A DNA stretch of 63,806 bases from Octopus bimaculoides (GCF_001194135.2 NC_068983.1:77062494-77126299), one strand, 5' to 3'. Positions 41,451 to 56,067 are shown, numbered from the stretch's first letter. Numbers and translations: made by a program. Notes: generated by a model from the sequence alone, not told the origin.

Positions 41451-44025
41451 ATTAGTCAATGTCACCTCAATATTTTGAAGTTCTGCTTGGAAAGAAAATT
41501 GATAGTAGAGAGCCAAGTGCTGCCTTTAGAACTTTGTTAGCAGGTGGGTGAAGGCTTAAAAATAGTCCGAGTAAACGGGACTACACTGAACATGCACCTG
41601 TATCTTGAAAATATCTTTGGATGTTTAGACAAGCATTACTTTTGATAGCCGTTGTTACGGACGTGTTGTTGCGGAGTTTACATTAAATTACCGAATGCAT
41701 ATAGTAAGCATGAAATACATTTACTATAACGTATAATAACATACCCTCAAATATGTAATCTAAGGGATTTTTTGTTCATTTCTCTTCTCGTTTGGGAACA
41801 TTTGTCTAAGTTCCATCCCTCATCATTAGCTAAAAGAACAGACATTTCCATGTGATCCTTAATGTCTATACCTACATGAAGAAAATGTCTTGGGTCGCAT
41901 CGAAATTAGCTTCAACACTTTTAATATAGTAAATACCCTAAGTTAGCAGTTAAAATATGCATTGTATATTTTGTAACTGAAGCTACGTTTTGATGACTAC
42001 CTTACTACATATCATATTTATCTGCTATCATTTTAATTCTCTCAATCGTGTCTTTATATAAACCAGAAAACGTTGATAGAGCATCTAAAATCTTTGATAA
42101 CATATTACCCTTTGAAACATTAATTTAATAAAACTATCACAACATTCTTCTAATTTAAACCATAAATTAATGAAGTATGAAATGAAATGGTTCATGTCAT
42201 CTCGCTAGACATAAGCCATTTAATTTTAACTTTGGAATTTTTTTTCCTATTTAAAATTGAAATAGTTAAACTAATTCTGAGTGTGTTATCTTTCGTAATG
42301 CGTATATATTTGGAACGTATGCTTTCCACATTCCATGTATAAAACAAACAAAAATGTAAACACAGAGGAAATAAATTTATTTTTCCAGAAATACATCACT
42401 TCTATATATCTTGCTTAAATATCTTTATAAAAACGCTGCGAATATGTCCATCAGGCTATTTATTGGTTTCATGTATTATTTTTATAGAATTTTCATTTCC
42501 ATTTAGAACATTATATCCCAGAAATAATGAATGTGCGTAGAATATCAATGAAAACCTTTGGCCAACGTTATTATCGTTACTCAAGCTTATACTGTGAAGA
42601 AAGCAACAACAAAAAACAATGTTCTGGAGCCATGATTATAGACTGAGGCGATTCATCGGAATTGGTTGAGATATCAAAAGTGAAGCTAGTCTGACCAAGT
42701 CAGAGAACGCTTTATATAGATTTTTAATAATATTTTCTATTAAATGAAGCGTGCAAGAATCCTCATAGCTGGCGTCACACACACAAACCAATATAAATTT
42801 TATTTCCATGATCCTATGCAATATGGGAAAGGAAACTCCAGGTATGCAATTTGAATTAAGCTGCGTTTTTCATTTTTACGTTTCTGATTAAGAGAGAATG
42901 ACTGGGAATGTATAATGGATTTTATAACAGGATTGCAGGTTAAGTAACAAGGAGCAGCAGAGTTATGGATTGAAATTATAATAAAGAATATTGAATGGTA
43001 TAAGAATTTATAAACTTTGATATATCATGAAATAATTCTTGTTTGGAACAGTGGATTTGGAAGCAGATGAAGCTATAAATAGTAACCTGTGAACAACGGA
43101 TCAAAATCTTATTGGGCTGAAAAAGTCGAAGGCTGACCGTGAGATACGAATCCACATCTCTAAATATGATAGGCTTTCTGTCATTAGACAAAAGCATTGC
43201 TTAAAATTCTTCCATCCATTTTAGAACTGTTATTCTTTCCAGCGAGATTTTGTATCTCCTTGACTTGTAAATGCATAATTTAGAGCTTAACACTTGTTCG
43301 CTAAATATTGAAATCAGAAGCACACAAACAATACTGTGAGAGATATTATTCCTCAAAGGTATTTAGTATGTAGTGAACTAACCACACACGGACGAAATCA
43401 TTCAATTTAAATTTTAAGCGTGCGACTTCATTTTGCTTTGCTCCAACGTCTTAATTTCTACGCATTATTATATTTAGACAAACAATATACATAGCAAGTG
43501 ACGTAATTTTTACCATACAGTATACAATTTAATAAAACATAGAAGCAAGCATACTTACTGTTTGTGGAGAAAGTTAGTAATTCAAGAATTTCGAAAACTT
43601 CGAAAGCACGAGTGAAATTTTAAGTACTTGCCAGTACTTGTAACATATTGTATTTGTAATAGCCATATTGCATGTGTAATACTGGCTATTACGAATATAA
43701 TATGTTATAAGCACATGTTTACTATTACTTGCAATATGATACATCATTAATTACAATATGATTGATAATATTGTACAATATTAATTACATTTAACAACAT
43801 ATCTTAGGCACCTTCTGCAATCTATCTCATGTGTACCAGGAGATACACTTGGGTCCAGTTGAATGAATCATTCAGTATCTGTTCTTATCTCAATTTAGGT
43901 CGGTAACTGGTAATTTTGTTAAATAATTCGACTTTTCTTGCCAGTACCGATTTAATCGAATATAAAAATAGCTATGAAATAGCTGAAACGAAAGCAATGG
44001 TATTATTTCCTTCATATCTGCACAG

Positions 44026-44163
44026 GTATTCTACTTGTGTTTGTGGTACTGAATAGTTTGTAAAAGTAACTTCCTACTGACGCTTGCGTCTTTCATGTTC
44101 ATAGCTAATACAATTATTATAAAACGAAATTTATTTCATTTATAACCAAATGGTGCTTTCAAG
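44026..44163 (+). other. Candidate exon, 5'UTR-like, with possible ATG GTG CTT TCA AG| start
   Basis: Acceptor ttatttccttcatatctgcacag| and strong donor AAG|gtgagt; all frames closed except the last 14 nt after an ATG. Confidence 0.35.
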
Positions 44164-45227
44164 GTGAGTATTTAAATTCTCATAAATGTTTTACAATATA
44201 TAGATTATTAATATTTTTGTTTTGTTATTTTCTTCGTAAACATTACATATAACAAGATTTTTATAACGGTAAATATGTTAAACGAGGTCAAAATTACCAA
44301 TGTTTCCCATAAAACACGTATCGTTTAATATATACTCGGTATGAAATCGGTTCTTTCTTATTAAAATTCTGCATTTAATATTGCACCTATTTAGAAGGTC
44401 CATCAACACATTCGTTACAAAATTGTTTTCTTGCATATCCAAACTTGTACTATCACACATTTATGACCTTATTACTGGAACGCCAATTGACTGCATTCAA
44501 TTACACTTGAAATAATAATAAGAATAATCATAGTTTGCTCTGATATCTTCTATTTTCAGTTCGAACAATTTTGTTTGTTAATTATAAATAATATCAAACT
44601 GGACATATTATTTTTATAATCGCTGAAAACAGATTCTTATATGTTTCTGCTATCTGAATTCGTTATATGAAGACGAAATACAATTATACGACAGTCATCA
44701 ACCCTATCATTTTTTACATTCAAACATAAAGAAAATTTCACATAAATGAATGCAATTAGTATTGAGCTTCTGAAGATGTACTTGTAGCTGAACTGACCAA
44801 TCCTGCAAGAAAACAATTCTACTCAGTGAAGACTTGTTGATTAGTGATCAGAATTTTACTTATGCAACTCTTGAAATATTGTAATCATGCTACGTTAACT
44901 CATTTCAATCGAACACACAACACATTCCAATTGTCACTTACTTATAGAATGATGCATTTGTGTTAGAGCCATTGTTAGAACAATTATTTTTACTGCTGAG
45001 TTGCTTTTGGATGAGTGTATTTTCGTTGCATTTATAGCGCTGATACCGATGTTATTGTTAGTTTCTCTTTTGATTCAGTACGTTATCTTATCTCTACCAT
45101 AAAGATATTTTTGTTTTTTTTTCATTTTCTCAGAAGTAGAGAATCGAAATTTAACGAAAAGCTTACATACAAACACAATATTTCACCGCGATACGCTACT
45201 AAATATTATAGTCTGCAACATTAATTC

Positions 45228-45432
45228 CAAATTCTGGCAGAAACCAATAATTGCGGGATAGGTGGTAGGTTGATTACATCGACCCAAGTGATCAACTGGT
45301 ACTAATTTTATAAATCAGGAATTGATGAAATGCAAAATCAACGTCGGGGAAATTTTAAGTCACAATGCAAAGACAGACGAAATGCCACTAAGTATTTTGC
45401 CCGGCGTACTACCAATTCCATCAGTGCGGCAT
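45228..45432 (-). mobile_element. SINE family A
   Basis: Reverse complement aligns with 3097-3309 (gtacgccgggcaaaatacttagtggcatttcg...agtaccagttg...gggtcgatgtaatc). Confidence 0.78.
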
Positions 45433-47659
45433 CTTATTTATAGTCAAAGATATCAAAATTCCTTGTTACATTCTTGCGATACGTTGATATACTTTTATCA
45501 CATTTTGTTTCAATTCATTTTGTTTTTTTTACTCTAACAAAAGTTTTCTCAGCACATACATTAAAAATTATTTCGAAATAATGACGCTTATGCACTCTCT
45601 TGAGTCTTAATAGATAACACTTCTACGAGCCCTAACTTAGGCAGTTCTTTAGAAACTCTTATTTGAAATACAAGCTAGCATGCTATTGTACATTTTGGAC
45701 AAATACGTAGGGACCTATTATTTTATCATTTAGAAAATTTTGCGTCGTTGCATGAATACTTGTTATATTATAACATGTTCACTCCTTGGTCTGTGACGGT
45801 ACGGAGTTACAGTTTCCTGTGATGCAAATTGTAGTTCTTATGTTATCGAACTCTAGTTATTTAACTGGCAGGTTATCGATCTTGAGTTGGGAAATGCAAA
45901 AGGTATACAGACGGCATTTCAAATTAAAACTTGAATTTGTGTATCTAAATGCCAAAAACATTATATCTAATAGCCTACATTTTCTTTCATGCATTAAAGA
46001 AAGTATAAGGTGGTAATCTAAAGTAATTCAACTAAAGCCACTCATTGACTGGATTGCATTATTGCTATTTATGTTTATGTTATTTATTATAAGAATGTAA
46101 AGAAGATCTTGTGTTATGTATTACCTTATGCGAAATAAAAACAAACATGCCCAAATAACAATAAAAATTATGACAGAGTAGTGAATCCCTTAAATTTGTA
46201 TATGTATCTTTTTGTAGGGAGGTGGTATATTGCCTATTAATAAAGTGCACCACAAATGATCAAATTTCTCTCTTAGTGTTGCATTTCCAAAATTTGATCA
46301 GCTTTTGAAAATATACTTCCTGTATTGGATTCCAACACAGACCCAAATATTTTATAATGGATATAAATTTAGACATTCGTATAACCAGCGGTGAATTCCT
46401 AGTGGCATTATCTGCAAGCAGCTTTGTTTCTTTCTAATTTTTTTTTTGTAGTATGACGAGATGCTGTTTGGAAGAAAATGTAAGTTTTAACTTTGCTAAC
46501 ATGTAATATCTTTAGGCTGGAAACCAATCTTCTAACTGGTTTTTGGTATTCTATGTGTGTAATTGTTTGCCCACACATTGAAATCTTCTAATGTCTGCAG
46601 ATGGTTGCCAACCCATATAACATTTTCTAATTTTCTTCGCATTGCAGCTGATGTAATACTCTCTGTGTGGAATCGTTCAATAGCTTTCCAAAAATTACGT
46701 TTGAGGCGTGAATGCGAAACTTGAAACCTTCTTGTTCAATGCTATGCACACGATTATGATGTGAAAGATCATCAAATTGTGAGGGATAAAATTTGATGCA
46801 GTTTTGGAGATAATAGATGCATAATATTTATGCATAAATGACAGTAATAAATATAAATATTTTTATACCTGCTAGGATTTTCTGCTCGGAAAGCAACTGG
46901 CCAGGCGAGAGTGTAATGTGCGGATTGTAGTTGTTTAAACTTAGGTCAACTGAGAATAAAAATTCATTTTGATAAGCAACTCTAGATTTGTGACAGAAAG
47001 TGAAGTTAACATATATCATTACACTCAACATCACATAACCCAATACCCAATTCAGATATTTTATGGAAAATTGGCTCATAATTCTAGTACCTCGAGAGAC
47101 TTATTAGGGGAATTTAGACGTCTAAATATTTCTGACATTACTGCGTGTCATTTCCAATGAAGCTTCTTCAAATGTGTTTTAGGATATAGTTATTTGTGCG
47201 TAAATTATTTTTATCAGGGACATGTGCGAAAAAAGTCACAATGATACATTTCGATTCAGAAGTAGAAGTGCTATATCTATGTTTCCATACAGTTGCTGAC
47301 CATGGCATTCACGTTTGTGGTGCATTTTTATGACCAGCGCTTAGATGTCGGCTGCCGTCACACTTCTAATTCCAAAGATAGATAAATGCTTTATTTCCCT
47401 TTTCATGTGATTTCAAAGGTTGTTGAGGTGTATATAGATGTGTCTTTTTCGAAAAAACGCTGAATTGGTACCATTTGGAGAGTAACACATCTGTATTTCG
47501 AGGAAAATAATAAGTATTTCATCAATGAATAGGCAGGAAAGTTTGTAACTAATAAACCGAGAGTATTTCAACGTAGAGCTAAATGCACATACAAATTCGC
47601 ACCTCACACACACATACAAATTCGCACCTCACACACACATACATACATATATTTTAAAA

Positions 47660-47971
47660 AATGGCAGTTCGTCGCTTAGGCAGACGAGGGTTCCAGTTCT
47701 TCCAATCAACCGAACAGCGGAACAGCTTGCTCGTGAGATTAACGCGCAAGTAGCTGAGTACTCCACCGAAACGCGTAACCTTTCGCATGTTCCTCAGCGT
47801 AATTCAGCTTGACACAGTGTGCGACAAGGCTGACGCTTTGAAATACAGGTACTATTAATGTATACCAGCTGAGTAGACTGGAGCAACATGAAATAAAGTG
47901 TCTTGCTCAGAGATACAACGCGACCCTGCAATCGCGAGTCGAATACCCTAACCACTAAGCCACGCGGTTCC
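47660..47971 (-). mobile_element. tRNA-derived SINE family C
   Basis: A-box tggcttagtgg and ctgagcaagacactttatttcatgttgctccagtctactcag body shared with 55205-55453; B-box region deleted. Confidence 0.8.
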
Positions 47972-49968
47972 ATACACATATACACACATACATATATACA
48001 CATAAACATACATACACACACAAACATCCTCACACAGATATATGCGTGTATGTGTGTCATTGGGTACGCATGTGTGAGTGTGTGTGTGTGCGGGTGTGTG
48101 CGAGGGGTTGTGTTTGTGAGGTTGTGTGTGAGTGTGTTTTCAACTGTTAAATTGATATGAAATATAATCTATTTCCGTTCTTTAGAAATTTGAATAATGC
48201 AGTTAAACTTATTAATATTAATGTTGTTGCAATATTTGAAGGTATAGATATTGTGTTGATAGATTTTCGTATCTATTACATCTATACACTGTGTAATAAC
48301 TGCTAGTTAAATGCTGATATGAACTTTCAAGATTCTAAAATATATCATATTAATATAGTATATTAAATTATAATTACCGTATCTATTTTCAGACGACACA
48401 TGCAATTCTAAGGGAATATGGTAAGTTTCAGTACCATGTCTTGAGAACGCTCTATCTATTAAGATATTTCTAAACGGTGATTATACTGGACATTGTCGAA
48501 CTGTTTCATATTATATCTACCGTCTAGATGGTTCACGTTGTCCAAATTAAAGATATCGACTTCCCATCCGTTGTAAATTATCTGATGATTTCCAGTTCAC
48601 ACCTGAAACTAAGAAATTAACTTTGCCCTTCAATACGTTCTTGGTTTCGATATATCAATTCAACGAAAATATTACTGTGTCATAATATTGTCTGTCATTT
48701 TAAGATTAGATTACCGAAGATCACTCCAATCAATTTCAGCATAACAAGATGCAAGTCGGTTTCAACGTGGATTTGAACCTAAACATATACCGAAATACCA
48801 TAAAATGAGAAAGAAGAGCCAGGAAAAATAAATAGAATGTTTGAACGTCGAATTGAGCCAAATAATATACAAAAACAACATTAGATGGAAAAAAAATTAT
48901 AACAAATGAAATATCCCTTGTATTCCTTGTTCTCATATAAATGCGAGCCTGTCTTGGTATCTTCGAAATTCCAGCTTCAAAAACAAATTTTCGTTATGTG
49001 CGATAAGAGCTGCATGTTGTAGAAAAACGCATTTCATACTTACCTATAATCCTCCAATTTAAAATTGTATAACCATTATAAAGTATATATCTCCGGGCAT
49101 GAAATGTTTTACTGGTGGCAACCTGGCAACGGCATTCCGTATTCAATTCACTTGTCTTTCTTTTCCTTTAATATATACCTGCTGACTCAGACACCCAATA
49201 CCGATCCATAATACAAGCCTGAGCGGTGAGCTTGAAACAGAAGAGATGACCAGTTACAGCACTTACGCAGCGTACTTATTGGATTTGATCACCAGTTTGA
49301 TATATTTGATTTGCAAGATAGTAAATTGGGTTTTTTTTAGTGCAACATTTTCTTTGATACAAAGAATGAATTTTAATCAAGTTTATACTTTCCATTTTCT
49401 ATGACTACTATTTGCCATTTTTCGGGCAACTACATGATACCGGGCTCATAAAACATTCTGGTCTTTATCGATTAAAAACTGAAGCAACTGTGATTTCAGG
49501 TCCTCATAATTATTGAAAGTTTTACCATTTTCCCCCTCTATCTAGTTTCAGCTCAGAGCTGCGACCATGCTGATGTACCGCCGTTGAATGATCTGAGAAA
49601 CTTGTCCTGCCTTGGTCTTAGAACCTAACGAACGACGAATGATAGCTCTTACGCAGCGTAACAATTGGTTATATATAAATAAATATATATANNNNNNNNN
49701 NNNNNNNNNNNNNNNNNNNNNNNNNNNNNNNNNNNNNNNNNNNNNNNNNNNNNNNNNNNNNNNNNNNNNNNNNNNNNNNNNNNNNNNNNNNNNNNNNNNN
49801 NNNNNNNNNNNNNNNNNNNNNNNNNNNNNNNNNNNNNNNNNNNNNNNNNNNNNNNNNNNNNNNNNNNNNNNNNNNNNNNNNNNNNNNNNNNNNNNNNNNN
49901 NNNNNNNNNNNNNNNNNNNNNNNNNNNNNNNNNNNNNNNNNNNNNNNNNNNNNNNNNNNNNNNNNNNN

Positions 49969-50000
<32 letters not shown>

Positions 50001-51934
50001 TGTATTAACGAATATATATGCATATATACAGTCACACGCGCCGAATACACACATATATACATAAATGCATTCATATGTAGCTGTTTGTTGGGTAGTTTGT
50101 GTGTCTGCTTATGTCTGCATATCGAGTAGAGCCTAAACTTTGTATATTATAAAATCACGGTGCCGGTTAAACTATACCATTCTAATTAATGAGTTTTCCA
50201 TGGAAGCTAACTTCTCAATGTATTATTAAAATATCAACTTTTCAATACGTTGGATCCATTATACTCGTATAAAACATTTGATTTGGGGAATCTCGGAACC
50301 ACTTTACCTAGCGCTCTTAGCAGATGAAAAATCGTTATTTTATCATCATCGTCTCTAGTGTTTATAAGCTTCTCTTTGTTATATGTTATGAAATAATGTA
50401 TTCACTTCACATGAGTTTAAATCTAGTTAACTACATTTCTCTGATTTAATGAAACATCTCACGATGCTGTAGACAACAACAAGCAAATTAGGCATCTTAT
50501 GTTTCATCGGCAAAGTTATATACTTATATCTGTGCTACATACCTAGAAGTAGTTGTTTCCATGCGCTGCTAAAAGGAAATAACTTCAAGTTATATGAAGA
50601 TGTTTCGAAAAACATTTCTGTTCCATAAATTAAATACGTTTCCTATGATTATATTACATTACACAGGTGTTTACATGATGGTTAAAAAAGAATATATTTC
50701 CATGCAAATGCATAAAGTACACAAGAGTATAAATAATGTGAGAACGCTCAATCTATCTCAGAAATACAGCACCTTTGTTGACCCTCTCACTGTGAAAACT
50801 TGAATTGCACTTATGATATTATCTACCAACGTCAAAACTTTTGCGTTTCGTTAAATGTTAATGTCAGCAAGTGTCTCAAATCTTATATTATACATTATAA
50901 TTTATACAGTTTGAGACTGATACGTTAATATCTGTTTCTAGGTCAATCTTTAAATGCATTAGTGAAACTTGAAAATACGTAAAAGGAGAAATGTGTAGAG
51001 TGTCTAGTGCCAAGTCATGAATATGAATCACTATGAGAATGCGATCACTCGGCAAGAGTTTTAGCAAATTCAGGTAACCAGAGTATTTCAGCTTTTAATA
51101 TGGTAAATAAAACACGTGGGAATGATAAAATGTCTCCTCCACATTTCTTGTACCCTCATATTGTGTTTTCTGCGTATTTGTATAAATCACTTTTTCATAG
51201 ACATAGGTTGATATTGTACTTTATCTGTTGTGGAAAATGGTCAGAGTTAACGTTCGCAGCCTAGTATCTGGAAACATAGTGTGTAAAAAGTAAGTTTTAA
51301 AACGAGCTTCAGAGATTATGGATGAATGCAATAGGTAAAATCTGTTTATTTTAAAATTGTCTTATAAGTCAACTTACATTATAACACTAATTATACCCTT
51401 ACGTTATCAAAATAAACATACTCTCTAATCAAGATTTGCTTTCTCATCTTAATTAAACCTTAAAATACTACACGATGAATAAGCATCAAAGGACTGCCAC
51501 TGAATATTTATGCATTGTCCTAAATTACTGAAGTCTTGACGTGAGATGATTATTACTGGAATGCATTTTAATATTGGGTTTCCAAATAACATACCTTACA
51601 AACATGTTTGCAAATATAGAATAAATAATTTTGTATTTTTGTTGTGACATTCCACAAACATTTAGTTCAAATTTAGCGTCTACCGACGTCTAAATGCCAC
51701 GTCCTCATGTAAATGTTAAATGCAATACCGCACTTCCACTCAGTGGAAAATTTAAGGCGTGTGACTATTATTTACATTTCTCTAAAAATCCCCGACTTTA
51801 TTTAACTAGTTGTTGTGACCATAGTTCATAACCAGGATTTGGCCATGAGTTCCTGAGGTCATGATTTGAATTTCGTTTCATGTATTTTTGACGATGTAGA
51901 AGTGGGAGCCCTTCGCATCTAAGATCAGTGAAAT

Positions 51935-52130
51935 AGCCAGAAATCCGGGTCCGTGAGTATCACGTCAGATCGACGATGGAAAGCATGACTTCTCTTTGCA
52001 AATACCGACATGACACAGAATGCGTGTCAATAGCCAGCTGGAGGAGATGTTCTCCTTGGGCTGGGCTACAAGCTTCAGTAGCAATCACCCTTAGGGGTTA
52101 TCCGCATTTAAGTGGCAAATATACTTGACG
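51935..52130 (+). mobile_element. Second copy of the 11200-11420 repeat
   Basis: Pairwise similarity to 11200-11420. Confidence 0.6.
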
Positions 52131-53042
52131 TTATATGTAGGGAGAACAGAAAATGATGTCTATTAAATTAGGAATAAATGCGTGCTCATACATTCGCTAT
52201 ACTCCATCTATCCAGATGTGACATATATATCATGTATGATTGTTATCCTAAAGCCATAAACCACTTCAAACATCAACGCTGTTTGCTGTTAAAATATGAT
52301 TTAAACACGAATCACATTGCTCTAGACACATACATTATATAACTCTCTTGTTACGTTCAAAACTAGATTCCTAAAGAAAGTTTTATGTTTTATTGTCCAA
52401 AACGCTTTCTTTTATTCTCACTAAAACTAATTTGGCAGGGATATTCGAAATTTCAAGATTCTGTCATCTATATTTGGCCGGTTTCTTTCACCGTTTTACG
52501 TTATCTCATCCAAAACGCTGCATCGATTATTTTGACGACACATTCCTTTCAGCTATATGCCTGAATGGAATTTTCTGCTGTGATAAAACAAAAACTGTTA
52601 ATAATGTATGGAGTTCAGGAGTTGGTTAAACTATGTGAATCAAAACGGTCGTCAACAACACATGGCATGTCAACATATAAGAAACAGGAGTGCTGATCGA
52701 CAGGCAGAAAAAAAAAACATGAATCAGAGAACACATATTCACTTATAAATAAGGCATTGCAATGTAGCTCGCTCAATTGCCCATTATCTCAAAAAGTTAT
52801 TAAATCACATATATAACAACAAAAGTATTAGCTGTATGAATAACAATTTTAGTAATATATCGTTAAAGATAAACGCTGACTTCCTGTTAAATTAAGAGTG
52901 ACACTTATTTCCCGCGATTGCCTGATATAGATAAGTAGTGGAAACGATAGGAAAATATTGGCATTCTCATAAATTCTCTGAGGAAGACTTAAGTTTCAGT
53001 AAGAAACGGACTGTAATTTGAAGAAGACATTAAGTAGGTATA

Positions 53043-53044
<2 letters not shown>

Positions 53045-53099
<55 letters not shown>

Positions 53100-53198
53100 T
53101 AAATAGATAACATAGATATCTGCTTTCACAGTGAAGTTGTTTGATGAGAAAATTTAGTATATAGATATGTTTCTATACTTAAACATACATACATGCAT

Positions 53199-53271
<73 letters not shown>

Positions 53272-53280
53272 AAGACAGAT
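53045..53280. repeat. (TA)n and (GA)n microsatellites
   Basis: Directly visible. Confidence 0.95.
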
Positions 53281-53344
53281 GGAAAATAGAGAGACAACAA
53301 GATATAAATGCTTGATTATAACGTCATTTCTGTTCTATTCTAGC

Positions 53345-53490
53345 AAAACTATCCGACGAACAAGAACGTGAAACTCTGAGTAGCAGCTTGCGTGATATTT
53401 CTGCTGTTTTTAGATAAAATATATTACGCTACCTCTGGTATTTGAGTACTCTTTTTTCCACCTTGTTTCACATTTATATGCTTAATCTAG
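53345..53490 (+). mobile_element. Single-arm copy of the 1315-1540 repeat family, with hammerhead-like motif
   Basis: Its reverse complement aligns with 1318-1453; it contains ctat-ccgacga-acaagaacgt-gaaa-ctctgagta-gcag. Confidence 0.7.
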
Positions 53491-53560
53491 TATATGTATA
53501 TACATACATACACATGTATGTATACATACATATATTTATATACACACATATGTACATATA

Positions 53561-53938
53561 CTAGGTTGGCAACTAAGTTCCCGCCGTTTTTTAAGATTTA
53601 AATTGTTTTAAAGGTTTAATAAGAAATAACAACTAATTAATCCTTAATGTATTCACCCTTGTTGTTTATAACTACTTCCCAATGTTTCGACTCGCAATAT
53701 CGTTCCAACTAAGCACTCAATTCTGCATCTGTATTGAACGAAACTCCGCCCATAGCATTTGAAAGAGATCGAAAGAGGTGGAAAGCCGTTGGTACCAAAT
53801 CTGGAAAGTACTGCAGGTGTAGCAGCACTTCTCAGCAATGACTTTGAATGGCTTCGTTGGTCATATTGGTGTTATGAGGGCGGGTGTTGTTGTAAAGCAG
53901 AAGAACTCTATGTTGCCGATTAGGTTTTTTTCGCTTGA
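53561..53938 (-). mobile_element. Mariner 3' end (Hsmar1-like TIR class), truncated by gap
   Basis: TA|CTAGGTTGGCAACTAAGTTCCCGCCG TIR; minus strand LLYNNTRPH...(W)EVLLHLQYFPDLVPTAFHLFRSLSN...NNKGEYI (decayed HDNARPH / HPPYSPDLAP). Confidence 0.88.
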
Positions 53939-55204
53939 ATATATATATATATANNNNNNNNNNNNNNNNNNNNNNNNNNNNNNNNNNNNNNNNNNNNNNN
54001 NNNNNNNNNNNNNNNNNNNNNNNNNNNNNNNNNNNNNNNNNNNNNNNNNNNNNNNNNNNNNNNNNNNNNNNNNNNNNNNNNNNNNNNNNNNNNNNNNNNN
54101 NNNNNNNNNNNNNNNNNNNNNNNNNNNNNNNNNNNNNNNNNNNNNNNNNNNNNNNNNNNNNNNNNNNNNNNNNNNNNNNNNNNNNNNNNNNNNNNNNNNN
54201 NNNNNNNNNNNNNNNNNNNNNNNNNNNNNNNNNNNNNNNNNNNNNNNNNNNNNNNNNNNNNNNNNNNNNNNNNNNNNNNNNNNNNNNNNNNNNNNNNNNN
54301 NNNNNNNNNNNNNNNNNNNNNNNNNNNNNNNNNNNNNNNNNNNNNNNNNNNNNNNNNNNNNNNNNNNNNNNNNNNNNNNNNNNNNNNNNNNNNNNNNNNN
54401 NNNNNNNNNNNNNNNNNNNNNNNNNNNNNNNNNNNATATACATACATGTGTATATATATATATATATGTTTACGAATTTCTGTTGCAAGCCTAGTGTTGA
54501 AACAATTATTGTTTTATTTCAGAATTGTCCATATTTTTTTTACCAAATAAACACTCTCACTATATATATGCTATTCACTCGTTTATTACTCTTCTTATTC
54601 TAACTCATGTCCATTGTCCGGAAATCTTTCCTCACGCATCTGTGACCTCCTCAGAGAAACTTTCCGTTTTTGTGTGTGCCCTGGTTCTGCTTATTCTACT
54701 CTGTTCTTCTATGATGTTTAACATTATATGCGCATGCTTCTGACTTTGTATGTATACATGTGTTTGTGCGTGTATGTGTTTGTGTGTTTGTGTGGGGGTA
54801 GTGTCATTGTTCTTATGTAACACTATGACCCTCCTCACAGCCTCGTACCCTACACCGTTGCCGCTGCTGGTGCCCTTGAGCCTGACGTTTTTTTTACTTT
54901 TCTTGAAATTCTGTGTCTTTGCGTGTTCATCCCCGCTGCCGTCCTCGTGGTAGTTGTTTTTTGTTGTTGTTGCCATTGGTCATACTGCTGTTCCGCTTAT
55001 CCTTTGTACAGAGAATTGAGAGCCATGCCGGAGAGATTTTGAAGAATTAACTAGAAGATATCATTACTGACGGACATGAGATGTTGGAAATGATAGTTGA
55101 TGTATGCCCTTCTCTATTATTTTACAAGACCAAGATAGCTCTGTAATAAAATTGCAGAAGTTCTGTTGCGTAATATATTGCATTGTGTATAACATTTTCT
55201 ATCT

Positions 55205-55453
55205 ATGCGCCCTTTAAAAGCCTAGCCAGGCTCTTGCGCCCGGTTTCCCGGTTTCAATGGTGTATGTGTTCCCCGGTTGGACGGGACGCCAGTCCATTGC
55301 AGCGTTACTCATTTTTGCCATCTGAGTGCACTGGAGCAACGTGAAATGAAGTGTTTTGCTCAGGAACACAACGCGTCGCCCGGTCCAGGAATCGAAACCA
55401 TAATCTTACGATCATGGTGCTGACACCCTAACCATTAAGCCACGCACCTCCAC
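55205..55453 (-). mobile_element. tRNA-derived SINE (head shared with family C) with intact Pol III A and B boxes
   Basis: A-box TGGCTTAATGG (55432-55442) and B-box GGTTTCGATTCC (55388-55399) on the minus strand. Confidence 0.88.
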
Positions 55454-55841
55454 GTATAACATATTAGTAATGTGATTATTCTCTATTAATCTAAGTTATG
55501 ATATACCTATGTGCATCATTGTTAATTGTAGGAACTCGCAGCGTACAATATAGAGATATACTTGATTACATAATCACATCTTTGTATCTTCATCTGCCCG
55601 ACTCAGAGTAAATATGTATATATACGTGTGTTTGTAGTTGCTTGTGTTTGTGTGTGTGCGAGTTTGTATTTGTGTATGTGTGTGTGCATGTGTGAGTGCA
55701 TGCGTGTGTATTTGTAGAGAGGGGATCGAGGAAAGAAATGATAAAAGGAAAAGACAATTTGAAACGTATCAATGTGTTGCACTTGTTTTGCATATTAAAC
55801 CTGCCCCAAATCTAAAACTCACTCTCCCACTCACTCGCTCA

Positions 55842-55844
<3 letters not shown>

Positions 55845-55897
<53 letters not shown>

Positions 55898-55898
55898 G

Positions 55899-55982
<84 letters not shown>
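55845..55982. repeat. (CTAT)n microsatellite, apparent insertion target of the adjacent element
   Basis: Directly visible; atctatcgatcta resumes after 57076. Confidence 0.95.
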
Positions 55983-56008
55983 AGCAACAACAAACCTGCC
56001 TTTAGTTA

Positions 56009-56067
56009 ATTGGATACGAACGTTTCGCGGTTAAGATATAAATCTATTCCGAACTCATCAGTCCAAT
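56009..56067 (-). ncRNA. Type I hammerhead ribozyme, antisense copy
   Basis: Exact reverse complement of 56724-56782. Confidence 0.78.

Noticed and set aside
48580-48620. CTGATGA...GAAA spacing
   Set aside because: No convincing stems I or III; expected by chance in 64 kb.
49545-49670. Apparent acceptor and exon (gtttcag|ctcagagc)
   Set aside because: Resembles the reverse-strand SINE tail (ctgcgaccatgctg..gtaccgcc); all frames close quickly.
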